Assembly (NCBI GenBank): GCA_004764695.1
Contig: SMSO01000034.1
Coordinates: forward strand, 4,526,001 to 4,590,000
Source: Schizochytrium sp. TIO01
Lineage: Eukaryota > Protista > Bigyra: Labyrinthulomycetes
Direction of reading: 5' to 3'
Length of the DNA: 64,000 bases
Below the pieces are notes generated by a model. It was not told where the DNA came from, ran no database searches, and saw only the letters and a list, made by a program, of their open reading frames with translations. Positions 35,884 through 48,337 of this stretch are shown piece after piece (the first letter of the stretch is position 1; each line of letters starts with the position of its first letter). The position numbers and the translations under genes are program-made.

Positions 35884-37179
35884 TGACTCAACCTGACTCA
35901 AGCTCGGGCTGGCCGGCTTGTGGACCATCCGTGGAGAGGAACGGGGCCAGCTATGACTGCCTGGCTCGCTCGCGGGCCTCAGGTCAGTTTGGGATTGAGG
36001 CTTGGAGTTGCGTAAAGCAAACTACCTGAGCGTGGACGAGGCGCGCATTGTGGATGCAATGAGCGCAGCGGGCGTGGAGCACTTAGGCCACCTAAATGAA
36101 GCAATCTGGAGTAGTAGCCATGCTGAAACAAAATGGAGACCCAAAGCATGGAGCCCCAAGGCATGATGGCGTTGAACTAAAACCTGACTGGTTTGTTTCA
36201 TCATAAATTGCGAATGACCCGTTTCGAATGGAATCGTGGGCTGAGGTTTAGCCCCGTTGCAGTTGACACTCTGGGCTCCACGGGTGGAGGTGCTGACAAA
36301 CAGCGTTTCACGAGGCCAGGTGAAAAGCAGAGTTCATGTGTACCACCCGAGCGAGCTTTTTGTCATGGCCTGCAAGTTGTAAACTCAAGATGATAGATCC
36401 AGTGGCTACCAAGATGACGGTGCGATGCATAATGATGACGCTGAAGAGTTATTACGGATACAATGATTGATAAAGATTCGTCATCTCGTACCTTGATCTT
36501 CGATATCTTCGGCGCACGCACAAAGTTTAAAGGTGATGTTTGTGTAAGCTTAAATTGGCAAAATAATTTGCGCAGTGAGGGTCAGAGTCGTCAACCGAGA
36601 GACCCTGCGCGGTCATGGTGCGACCAGGTCAAGCTAAACAACATTAAATTACTTTGCCTCCTTATATCCTTTCGCCTCAAATACCATGGTCCTTCATGTT
36701 TACGACAATGTTTGCACTATCCTCCACGGCGGCCATGCAGTCGCCATAGGTACCACCAGCGTCCACAATCTTCACCAAGTCTACTTTGCAGTATCCCCAA
36801 TTGGAATTTGACACCACCACCAAGAAGAACTTCAACAAGTGCAAGAACCCGGCACAGAACCCCACCTCCGCTTGCATTCAATACCCATGTGCTTCTAGCT
36901 CTCCCAAGAGTCGCCTGCCTGGAACTCCTATCCCATCTTGCCATCCATCCTGAGCGTGGTCCGTGGCGTCGTCGGAGTCCTCCCGAGCCACGTACGTGAG
37001 CTCAAGTCGAGGTCTTCAGCTTGAACCACACAGAAAACCAAAACAACGCGGCTGTGAAACGTCCATATCTCGCACAGAGAGAGAGAGAGAGAGCTCTCAT
37101 GCTTTCAATACACCGTCTCTCAAGGGCCCCATGGTGACCGGGGCGGCTGGCTAGCCAGCTGGCATCATCGAGGCTGTGG

Positions 37180-40145
37180 CGATGAATGAATGAATGAATC
37201 AATCAATCAATCAATGAATGATAATCGACCAGAAGACAGCTCACGGTCGCGAGATCGGCGGCGAAGTAGCCAGCGACAGTGTCGGCCACCAGGAACGTGG
37301 GCTTACAACAAGACCGTGGTATCTTCAATGGCCATGAGTCGTGATCGATCATCAACTTAGACTGATCGCAAGAGTTTTATTTTAACGACTGTGATGTATG
37401 TATTATTGCATTCATGAATGAATGAATGAAGTGATGAATAAATCAATTGATGAATGAATGAATGAATGAATTGATGAATGGCTAAAACTCAGAAAGCCTG
37501 ATGCCTCCCCATCGTGAAGCTGACCTGGTCGGAGTTTCCCGGCCGTTGCAGTCGCTTTCGACGAGGTTTTGAGAAGCGTGGTCTGCGTCTTCGAGTTCTC
37601 TTCTCTGCTCAGACAAGTGTACGGCCAGCAATAATGAAAAAAATAAAAAATAAATGAATGAATGAATGAATGAATGAATGAATTGTACCTACGAAGGCAT
37701 TTTAAAGTTAAAGTTAGTTCTCCCTTTACAAAGGACCTTCTTCATTCCTCGAAAGGAAAATGGGTACTTTATTTTACTTCTTCACTTTCTTTCAATCGCC
37801 TAAGAAAAGGTTTTGGAGGACAAGTGAAAAAGAAAATTGAAACAAAAATGAAACAAAAATGAAACATGATGGAGGAAAAGGGAAAGAGAACGAATGCGTC
37901 AACATCACGAACCCAGCGACTCTTCGGGGCCGTCGATCGATCGATCGATTGATTGTGCCTGACTCGCTGGAGGCAGACAGGGCGGGGCCTGGGCCTGCAA
38001 GGGCGCCTCGCTTGGCCTCTCGCAGAAGGGCGTCTCCAGAGACCAAGAATACCAGTAAAGAAAGAAGCCTCAGTCAGTCTTGGCGTTCTCTCTTCGCGCC
38101 TCCAAAACAACCATTTATTTATTTATTTAGTTATTTATTTATTCATTTATCATCCCTTCTTTCACTTTTTCAAAGAATTCATTTTTTCATAGAATTCATC
38201 CTGTCATAGAATTCATCCTTTCAAAGAATTCATTTTCCCATAGAATTCATCCTTTCAAAGAACTCATCCTTTCAGTTCCTATGGATAGTTGGTTAGTTAC
38301 CTGTTTAACCAATGCCTCAGAAGTGAATAAACCAAACCAAAACTGTCATCGCTAACAAAATAATAAAATACGAAGCAGGAACCGGATTTCGTTATGTTAC
38401 AAGTTTCTAAGAGTGAACGAACGATCAAAAGAACACGCTGCCCAACCGGTCTATAGTAAGCCGTCTTTGCGTGTTTCTTGACGGGTTCTTCGCTTCGCAG
38501 GAGACTTACAGCTCGAAGAACGCGGGTTTCCTTCGCAGCCGGAGGGATTCCCGTTTTTCTGCGCCCTCGTTAAGCGCCACGCGCGGCTCACCGGCATTCA
38601 TTCGCTCATAAACATTTATCGGTCGCTTCCATCGCTCTTATGCCCTCATCAGTTTGTCACAATTCCCAACTGCCTGGCACTGCTACCTGCATCGCTAAGT
38701 ACGCTCCTAGTCCAAGCTGTTTTATTTTTTCAATTTTAATATTAGAAAATAAATAATTACCCTTTTAACCAACTAAGGATAAATTAATAAATAATTCTAC
38801 CATTTCATAATGATAAGCTTGAAGACCACTCTATATACTATATCACGTTATATAATATTGTTTTCTTCTCTCTCTCTATATGTATATGTTTATACTTCAT
38901 GCATTGAGGCATTATTGAGGCTCAGTTTTCAAAGAGAAGAGAGTGTATTTGATGGTTTCTTTGTGTGCCTCCTTCGCAAAGGAAAGAACTCCAAATCGAC
39001 CCTCTGCTCCCGAATTGCGATGCGCCACTGTGATTCTGCACGAATGAATTCGCTCATTCATTCACTCACTCGCATTGTCGCGACCATTCGGAGAGGCGGC
39101 CACGCGGAGGGCCGTGAGGAATCCATCTATCCTCCAGCGTCTGCAGCGAAGAGAATGAATGAATGAATGAATGAATGAATGAATGAATGAGTGAATGAAT
39201 GAATGGGCTCTCTCTCAATCAAAGACCTGATGTGATCTGATCTGATCTGGAGGAAAGCGAGTTCTTCTTGCATCCGTTCGATCCGTCGTTCCTCTTGTCA
39301 TCATTCGTTCGCCCATCCATCCGTGCATTCAATGGATTGATCAGTTGTTGGTTGACCAATTGATTGTTTGATCAATGGTTTGATTGATTGATCAATGGTT
39401 TGATTGATTGATAGATCAATTGAATGATTGAAGCTGTTTATTTGTTTGTTTGTTTGTTTGTTTGTTTGTTTGTTTACCTTCGTAATAGAAATCATTTGAG
39501 GAAAGAAGCAGTGTTACTGTTATCACCCTCCATTCCCTATTAATGGGGACATAATATTATTCGAAGGTTGTGAATGATGCGTTAATTATGACGCGCGAAT
39601 GGCCGCCTCCGAGAGATTGGTTGATTGATTGATTGATTGATTGGGTCAAGTCGATGAGGACACTCGAAGCCGCTGAGATGGAGGGCCTCGAGCTGAGAGC
39701 GGTCTTGAACTCGCGCTGAGGCTCGATTTGCAGCAGCGGAAGAAACGAGTGAAGAGATGAAGAGGGGTGAGGATACGGCTATTGCTATTGTTTGTTTGCT
39801 GTTTGTTTGTTATAGCGATGGTGGGAATATTGGGCATACAGAGTGTGAGGATTTGGAGCAAATGTCACACCCCTTTTTTGCGCGGAATTAGCGCAAACAA
39901 ACAAACAAACAAACAAACAAATGAATGAATGAATGAATGAATGAATGAATGAATGAATGAATGAATGAATGAATGAATGACTCAAGTTCGCTTTCTTTCG
40001 AGCAAGTTCGAAGTTGATGGCCCAACTGCTGAAGCGGGGCGAGGCTTGAAGAAATGAGGCAAATGCGGAGAAGGGAAAGACGAAGGAGGGCTGATTGGCT
40101 GTTTGATTTGATTGATTGACGGGCCGATCGATCGATCGATCGATT
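37180..40145. repeat. Cluster of (GAAT)n, (GATT/CAAT)n, (CAAA/TTTG)n and (GATC)n tetranucleotide microsatellites
   Basis: Blocks at ~37184-37220, 37416-37480, 37655-37682, 39153-39204, 39340-39476, 39617-39643, 39895-39980 and 40104-40145. Confidence 0.9.
38171..38272. repeat. 17-bp minisatellite x6, consensus CAWAGAATTCATCCTTT
   Basis: Six consecutive degenerate units read directly. Confidence 0.85.
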
Positions 40146-40628
40146 GCGCAGGGACCTTTTCAATTCTGAAATGAAATAAAGCCAAAGCCAAAGCCGATTT
40201 AACTTTTCATTGCTTTTTATAATATTTTCCTTAATTGGTATTTAAATTAGATTAGTATTTTATTATTTTAAAATAATAATTATGTTTTGGAATGTTGTAA
40301 AGTTAAAATTATGTAAAATAATAGTAATCATAATATAATGGAAAGAAGACTAAGAATAAGAGGAAATCGACTTACAAAATGAGCGCGAGTTTGAAAAAAA
40401 AAATTAAAAAATGAAAAAAATGAAAACGTTCGAAATGTTGAAAATGTTGATGAAAAACACCCAAAATCGGAAATAAGACGATCAACCAACAAACATTGAA
40501 CGAGAATCGCGAGACGGCCTCGTGTAGCGCAAGCCCGCTCTACCCCAAGGGAAGGGCAGAGAAGGCGGCGGCGCTGCTACTGGCGAGGAGCGACCTTCTT
40601 TGAGCTGGAGTAAACCCTCCTCCTTGCA

Positions 40629-42188
40629 ATGGTACTCCGCAGCCTGGCGGCCGTGCTCGCAGGACCCGGTGCCGCGGCGGCTCGCATGCTGCTCTTGGCA
40701 AGGCAGGCCGCTGACGCTTCCAGCAGCGAGGAGTCTGTCGCTGATGACACCTTCGGCGTAGCAAATCTCACGGATCTCGAGACGTTTTACGTGTTCTGCG
40801 GCGTCACGCTCGCAGTCGCCGCCTCGCTTCTGGTTTGCCTTGGCCTAGCACTGCAAAAGGTCTCATTGTGCGCTCCTGGGAATGATCATGTGGCACCTGT
40901 GAAGCAGCCAAAATGGATGGCAGGGTTTCTGTGCATGCTCCTCGGAAACATCTTGGACTTTATTGCCTTTGGTATGGCACCGCAGAGCCTTCTTGCTCCT
41001 CTGGCTGCCCTTTCCTTGGTATGGAACTTGTTCATTTCATCCTACATGCTCGAGGAAACCTATGACAAAAATGATATCCATGCTGTGGCGCTCATCTTCT
41101 TTGGTACAGCAGTCACGGTCATTTTCTCCAACCACAGAGAACATGGATACACCCTAGAAATGCTGCGTGAACTGTACAGGAAGGAGCGCATGTATGCGTA
41201 CTTTGTCATCGTGCCTCTGCTTCTCATGGCACACTATTATCTTATCCATTATGTGTCCACGCGCGAACTGCAGGGAACGATGTGGAAGCTCGTCGAGCTC
41301 GTGGGATGGTGCGGTTTTGCCGGTATCACCGGCGGTCAGAGTGTGCTGTTCGCAAAGTCTACCGTCGAGCTCCTGAAGGATGCTGCCCAGGGGGACGCGG
41401 TCTTTTATGATTTTGACACTTATCTCATTATCTGCGCCATGATCGCTTGCCTTGTTACCCAAATTACTTTTCTGAATGGCGCAATGAAGCGCTTTGACCA
41501 GCTTTATGTCATGCCAATGTACCAAAGCTACTGGTAAGTTTACCTCCTCTCTTTTGTTGACGTTCTACTGCGATGCAGATATATTTTCTTCAGTTCTACA
41601 CGATCAAACAACGAAACAAATGGTAGTCCTATGCTCTACCATTAACAACCTCGCAAGACACAACACGAAGACTAACCCAAATCACTCTCTCCTTCATGGA
41701 AATTGCGCTCCTCAAAATAATTTATCTGAGTACGTCAATTGTGTTTTCACACATACAGGATTATTTCAGGCGTGATTGGCGGGCTTGTTTACTTTGGCGA
41801 GTGGGAAGAAGCAACCACAACACAAATGAATATGTTCATTGTAGGAACCCTTATCACGCTTGCCGGCCTTTTGGTCCTCACACGAAAGGAAAACCACACA
41901 TTAAATAACTCTGGCCCGCAGCCTGGCTTTGATGTCCTGCCGAGTCGGAAAATTAGTGTGGATAGCGCATATGGTTTCGCTGAAGACAATAGCAGCGAGT
42001 CTATTGGAGATGACGATCCTTCTGATCATGTCTTGGAGATGTCAGAATCAGTCGCACACTCTGCTTATGCGAATGATCGCCGGAAAAACTCTTTCCGAAA
42101 GCTGAGCCACGTTTCCTCTGCTGGAAGCCTAGATGCCGGCGAGGATCATCGCCGAAGAACATCTTCATACACTGTCGCTGCTTTATAA
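40629..42188 (+). CDS. NIPA-family magnesium transporter (intron-containing paralog); exons 40629-41533 and 41759-42188, 444 aa
   Basis: 'DFIAFGMAPQSLLAPLAALSLVWN', 'GGQSVLFAKSTVELLKDA'. Splicing TG|gtaagt..acag|G restores 'YQSYWIISGVIGGLVYFGEW', as in the 28940-30064 paralog. Confidence 0.92.
41534..41758 (+). other. Spliceosomal intron (225 nt) of second NIPA gene
   Basis: GTAAGT donor, GACTAAC at 41670-41676, ATACAG acceptor. Confidence 0.9.
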
Positions 42189-44370
42189 ATAGCTAGGATG
42201 CCTAGGTTTTGCTTGTTGTGTCATTCGTTCGTCTAGCTTCTTTTTAATTCCGTGTTACATCTTGTACTTGTTTTAGTAATAAATAATACCACGCCCTTTT
42301 CTCATTTTTTCCTGTTTTTATATGAAGGCCCTTCTACCTAGATAGTACTGAAGCATGAATTATCTTGTTGCAGGCCAATCCAGCTGACACCCATGGATGT
42401 TTTCTATATATTTACAATGAGGCAAATGACCTACGTACTACTTTGGTTCTGCATGTGTTTCACCTAGCTAGAATCCATCTACTAAAGTACGATTCGGTAT
42501 CCTGGACCAAGGTCGTATTCTGAAGATAGCCATCTTCGCAGGAACTTTCACATCACTTTTCATTCGACTTGAAGAAAATATTATGTTGCTACTTACTAGA
42601 AGCTCGAAGCCGGAATTCATCGCCTATGCGCACTCTTTGCACTCTTTCAGCTGAAAGAGTGGCTTTTTGACATCAAAACTCTTAGCTTCGTAACAGGTTT
42701 TAATTATCCTAGACCTTATCAGAATTGTCGCTCACCTACTACTGGTAACCTGCGGTTCCAAACTGTGACTCTGCAAAGCAACGCGTCTAAAAAAATGAAA
42801 TATAAATATTGACCCGGGAGGGGGGGGGAGGATTTTCATCTTTCTTTTGCGCTCAATATTTCTACTTGGCCAACAGAAAGATCACAAAGACACTTTTACT
42901 TACCTACTATTTTTACGTCTCTGATTGGATAGAGCTTGGGAGCATCCGATGAAAACTATCCCTAGCAGCTTCTCAAGTCAAATGGTGGTATTGGCAAGGA
43001 CTCTTGGGAGCTCTACCATGATATTCTCATCAAAGTCTCAAATCTTAGTGCTGTTTTACCTTATTTCACGGCATTTTTTATCCCACCTCTGTTCCCAACG
43101 GCGTCAATATCAAATCAGTGTATAACTAGAAACGCGCAGAACGTTCTTTCCAAATCAGAACCTGAGACTCGATCGTCACGATCACTAATTTGCGAAACGA
43201 AATAATATCATAGCAGAGATAAGTGGATCACAGTTTGCTCGTTTACACAATCAAACTACAGAAATGAACACTTGCCAGTGATAGCCTGAGCATAGAACGA
43301 GCAATAAGCAAGCGAATTTGTTGTAAACGTATACATGCTGGAATCATAGTATTCCAAGCAGGATTAGGGGTCCAAGAACGAAAAGCAAAGGTCTACAATT
43401 TGACTTTTGGATTCAGGAGGTATCACATCACAGCTAAGGCAGATCTTAATTCATTCACGCAATTGCTTCTCGAAGTTGACGATATCAATATTTGATCGGG
43501 ACCGAATTAGAAGGTAGTCAGTTCCAGTACCCCTCAGGCGTTTCTTTCACTCCGTAACTATAAGAGCAGCCATGAGTTATTTCTTGCCCATCAAGAATCA
43601 AACCAGAGCTAAGGACCTTTTCTTGAATCATTTGGTGTTTCCTCGCATCTGATGTTACATTGAGTTGTTGGTATTACTATCTGCTGCAAGTTTGGTACCT
43701 AGGTATAGTAATGACAAGTGGTAGGAAGCTTGAGCTTGTACATAGGTATAGATCAGGTTAGTACCTCAAGTAAGTTGTACGAGTTTTTTTTGTTAACTCG
43801 GATGTTCTTTTTACTTTTTAAATAAACATTTTTAAACTAACCTGAGAACAATTTGAGGACATCGAATTGACTGCTCATACTACATCGCTGAGTTGGCGCC
43901 ACGCAGCAGACAACAAACTGAGGCCGACTCCGCAGCGGCAAGAAAGCCGTGAGGAGTGGCACGAGGCAGGGCTTGGTTGGTCGTGCTCTCGTGGCACGCC
44001 ACGCTGGCCAGCGAGTGCCCCGGTGAGAGGCAGCGTCGGCACAAGGAGGCCATCCATTCGAGCCGACAACCGTGGAGGAGCGAAGACGTTGAAGGAAATA
44101 TATCTATATCTATATATATATATCTGATCTGTTCATAGCGCAAAGGTTAACTCTGTACGCTTTACGCTGTACGGGCCCCAAGACCAAATTACATTCGGGC
44201 ACCATCTGTGCGTACTTAGTATCAGCGCCAAGAAGTCTTGCGTGATATTAATTTGATACCTGAATCTAAACGGGTTTAAAGCGTGCTGGGATCGATAGCT
44301 CGCTGTTCGGCTAGGCCTGTATCTGGCCAGATCGTCAAATTTCCCAACGTATTGACACCGACTAAAGACA

Positions 44371-47300
44371 ATGAAGTTTCGGGATTGCATTTACCTCGGT
44401 CTGGGTGTTCTCATGGCCGTGTGGATCGTGACGATTCACAGGTTTGAGATGAACACCAGTGACATGATTGATAGCGTCGAGGCTATTGGCACAACCATCA
44501 TTGATCGCAGTGGCATCCGTGGAGCAACCTCATCGAATACCGAGGAACCGCTCAATAGCGTCCAGTTTTTTATTCTCGTGGGCCGCAAGAACTGCGAGTA
44601 TACAAAGGTTGCAGATGGTCTGCTTGACAGGCTCGTGGAGACCTATCCGAACGACGTCATGCAGTACAAATGGAACGCCAAGTCTAAGCAAGAGTTTGAC
44701 TCTTGGTTAAGCGCACGCAAAACAACTAACCAGGTGCCAGAGTACCACACCACTTCGCCTGTCATTTTCTTGCGGATCGGCGAGTCCCGTAAATTTCTTG
44801 GTGGCGTTGACCAGCTTTTGAAATATGTGGAAATTCGCTTTCCCAGAGTTCAATGTGCAGAAGGAGATTGCACAAAAGAACATGATCGATGACATTAAAG
44901 ACACGGATCTTGGGGCATCTGCATCATTACCGAAGCAGAGACGCAAGCCGTCTGCTGGTGGCAACCATGAATACAGTGATGATAAAAGCGAAGACGAGAC
45001 CATCCTCCGCAAGGACGGTGATGCCCTTCCTGAGGACCCCGAGCCACCCATTGACCGTGTGGTTAACAATCCTAACAGCTTGATTGATAACCAGGAGCAA
45101 GTGCCTATCTCTGTATCACCATCTCAGGAAGTTTTTATGCGTTCTCCATACAATCAGCTCCAGCAGCAAGTCCCCCTGCGCAAAAAGAGTATCGTCTCTA
45201 CCTACCATATTACTGAGAAGCGTGTAACCAACTACCGACCAATGATTGACTTTTTGCGTGTGCGCGGTTGGTCAAATATGCCCCAGGCGCCTCTACTGGC
45301 GACATGGATTCTGGTTCAGGATCAAAAGACCGCTGCCTATGTTCTTACTCGCTACCATAAGTCAATTGTAAATAACATCGGATACGGCGGTCAAAGCTGT
45401 TTTGGTGGAACCAAGGGATATCAACTTCGCTGTCGCTCTGAATTTGCAACCAAGTTTGGTTGCTCGTATGATGATCTTCACGTTCAACCCCCGCAATATC
45501 GTCTATGGGAGGAGCCAGAATGCCGAAAGTTCTTTGATCATGTCTGTGTTGAGTCACCCGAGGCCATGTGGATTGAAAAGCCTAGTGGCGGCCAACATGG
45601 TGCCGGTATGCGTGTTCATTCAGGTTGCGAGAAGCTTAGGGAAAGTTACTCTACCTGCACAGGTGCAGGCAAGAAGTTCATTGCTATGCCGTACTTGTCA
45701 CCAGCATTATTGTCAGGCCACAAGTTTGATGTACGCTCTTACCTTCTTATTGCTAGTCTTGATCCTCTTCTCGTGTTCTACCATGATGGATTTGCTCGTA
45801 AGGCAGGTAGCAAATACACCTCTGATACCTCGGATGTCAATGCTCATATTACAAACGCCGAGTCGCAGACTTCAGAAGATCACTTCTATGAATTCTCCAG
45901 ACTAGGAAAAGTACTCCACGAGGAGTCTGGTTTCCCTGCTGACTACATGCAGCGTGTGTTCCGCCAGCACGCAATGCGTGTGCAACGGTACGTCTTCCAT
46001 GCGTCACGGCAGACGATGAAGTTGCGCAAAAAGGGTGTTTACCAGATCTTTGCACTTGACTGGATTATTGATGATGACGGTGGCATTCACATGCTTGAAG
46101 CCAATTCTAACCCTCTTGTCACGCTTTACAAGGATATGAAAGAGGAGTTCACAGAGACATGGGACAGCATGGTTGACCTTGTGCTCAAAGTGCAGACCGC
46201 GCCTGCAACACTTTTCTCGCAAGCACATCCTGAGCTTATTACAGAGCCCCCCGAGAAGCGCTTTGAGTACCGTAACTGGCACCTTATCTTCAGCGAGCTT
46301 GAGGAGCGTCAGAACCAAGAAACGTTCAACCCATGTGAAATTAATATTAAGCCTTTTAGTCTCAAGGCCGAAGGTAAACAATTCCCCTCTACTAAGACTA
46401 CGTCCAGCCTACCGTCATCAATTCCTGGCGCCGCTACTACTGCTACCACTAACGTTGGTTCATCCGTTGCTGCTGTGACCCCGAGCTTGCGTGAGTCCAG
46501 CCCCGCGCAAGTGACAACTGTGCCGGGCCCTGACTCCAGAATGTCCTCGGCTACATCTGGCGCTGCTTCAGTGAGTACAGTATCCTCGGTGGCCCACCCT
46601 TCTGCACCCGGGGCAGTAGTTGCGAACCAGCCTCAAGAAACGCCGTATCAAATCACTGCCTCTGAGGTTCGCGAGGCTATTCAACTCGGTGCATCCCGTG
46701 CTTGTGTTCCTATGGACTTTACGAGCCCTACCTTTGAACAATGCGTTCGCATTGATCGTGGTTTTGGCCTTGATGATCATGCGACTCGCTGCCATTTTGG
46801 TGATGAGAACTACTTTTATGCTATTGAACCAACTCTTAAACCTGGAGCAAAACGTTCCAACTGCTACCCGATTGTTCTTGTCGTGGCTGGTGTTCATGGA
46901 AATGAGCATGCTGGTGTTGTTGCAGCAAACTTTATTCGTCGCAAGTGGACTCTGGAGAATGCCCGCCTTGTGGTTGTAGAGCGTCTCAATCCTAAAGGCA
47001 CTGGCAAGGGCCGCTACATTCCTAAGGTCCCTGTTGCTGAGCGCGACTTAAACCGCAACTTTCCCGTGTCTGGACCGGTGGGAACACTTGCCAATCAGAT
47101 CTGGAGCGTCGTGGCCAAACTTCAGCCGCATATTTTCATTGACCTGCACGAAGGCTGGGGTGTCTACAACCGCTTGAAGGCAAATAAAGGCAATGGACCT
47201 CTCGTTGGCAACCCATCGTTCAGCAAAGGAAGCTCTATCATATCTACAGAGCTTGCACAGCCACTGGCTAAGTACATGATCAATAAGGTGAACGACTTAA

Positions 47301-47905
47301 CTGTGCCAGACGCGACAAAGCACTTTCTCAGCATTACGCCTCCTATTGACTCGGGATTGGCAAGTATGATCCACCGTTCGTTCAAATCTCTCAATATGGT
47401 TCTCGAAACTACCTCGAAGGGTCAAACACTTCATCTTCGGGCCCAGCAGCAGCTTGTCATGGTTGGGGCATGCATGTCACTCTTAGGATTGACACCCAAG
47501 AACTTTGATGCTCGTGAGGGCTTCGATGCTTCGCAGGCCTGCTTGGCTGGCACTGAGAAATGCATCTTAGCTTACCCTGGCGATATGCCGTACAACTCGG
47601 AGGATAACATTGCAAAGCTTCTCAACCAGGTAGACGAAGCAGCAAAGCAGGAGGAAGAGTTCAAGAATAATCCCGTGCAGGAGCTCGAGGATGAAGCAAC
47701 ATCGGAGCAGCGCATGCAAAAAGAACAAGATGACTTTGAGGATGCAGAGTACGGCAATGGAGCCGAGGAGCCAGCAAGCAGTGGTGTTGATGGCGAGGCT
47801 ATGGCCGAGATTCCTGATGAAGAACCTGGTTTGAGCTTGGAGGAAGAGTCCCCAGAGAACGCTGACAACGATGAACTTGTACTTGAGGAGGAGATTTCCT
47901 CATAA
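44371..47905 (+). CDS. Multidomain protein: signal anchor + glutaredoxin-like domain + TTL-family ATP-grasp ligase + S/T-rich linker + M14/AstE-AspA-type Zn peptidase/deacylase + acidic tail (ORFs 44371-44892 and 44825-47905 joined by an apparent +1 frameshift at ~44839-44844)
   Basis: TTL motifs WIEKP..GQHGAG, KFDVRSYLL, HITN, FALDWIID, LEANSNP (~45230-46200). M14 motifs GVHGNE, DLNRNFP, IDLHEG, LET (~46860-47490). N-terminal hydrophobic 'IYLGLGVLMAVWIVTI'. The join of the two ORFs is inferred. Confidence 0.8.
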
Positions 47906-48337
47906 CTATTTTTTTCAAGCGCTGTAGCCTAGTTGATGCTGCCTTTATCCACAACATTCCAATAAGATCAGAAATTGAGAAATGAAGGATAATTTTTCAC
48001 ATCAAGTTTTCTGAAAAAAGAACTTGAGCAAAAAAACGATAACTTGCTATAGTCTTGGATTGATGAATGAACTGTTTCCCCTAAAGACTTTTGTACTAGC
48101 CATATCATATAAGAAACCTAACTACCATTTTGCATAACAAATATGAAGCTTGCTTCCTTTCGAAAAGTATGGGTGTTGTTGTTGGGAGGGAAATGGCCAA
48201 GCTATTCTCCTAAGAGATACTCGAAAGAGCTTTCAAGAAGCTAAATAATTGTTAACTTTATGACTACAAAGGCCGGTCCACATGCGTGGCGCACCGTGCG
48301 AGGGAGTTTAGCAAATAATCGCCTTCAATCACACAAT

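Noticed and set aside
38171-38272. Possible CRISPR array (also 50394-50469 and 35774-35883)
   Set aside because: Units are contiguous with no unique spacers, no cas genes are present, and the context is eukaryotic.
9338-41758. 224-nt and 225-nt introns as copies of an Introner element
   Set aside because: Apart from splice and branch signals they share no visible sequence similarity or terminal repeats.
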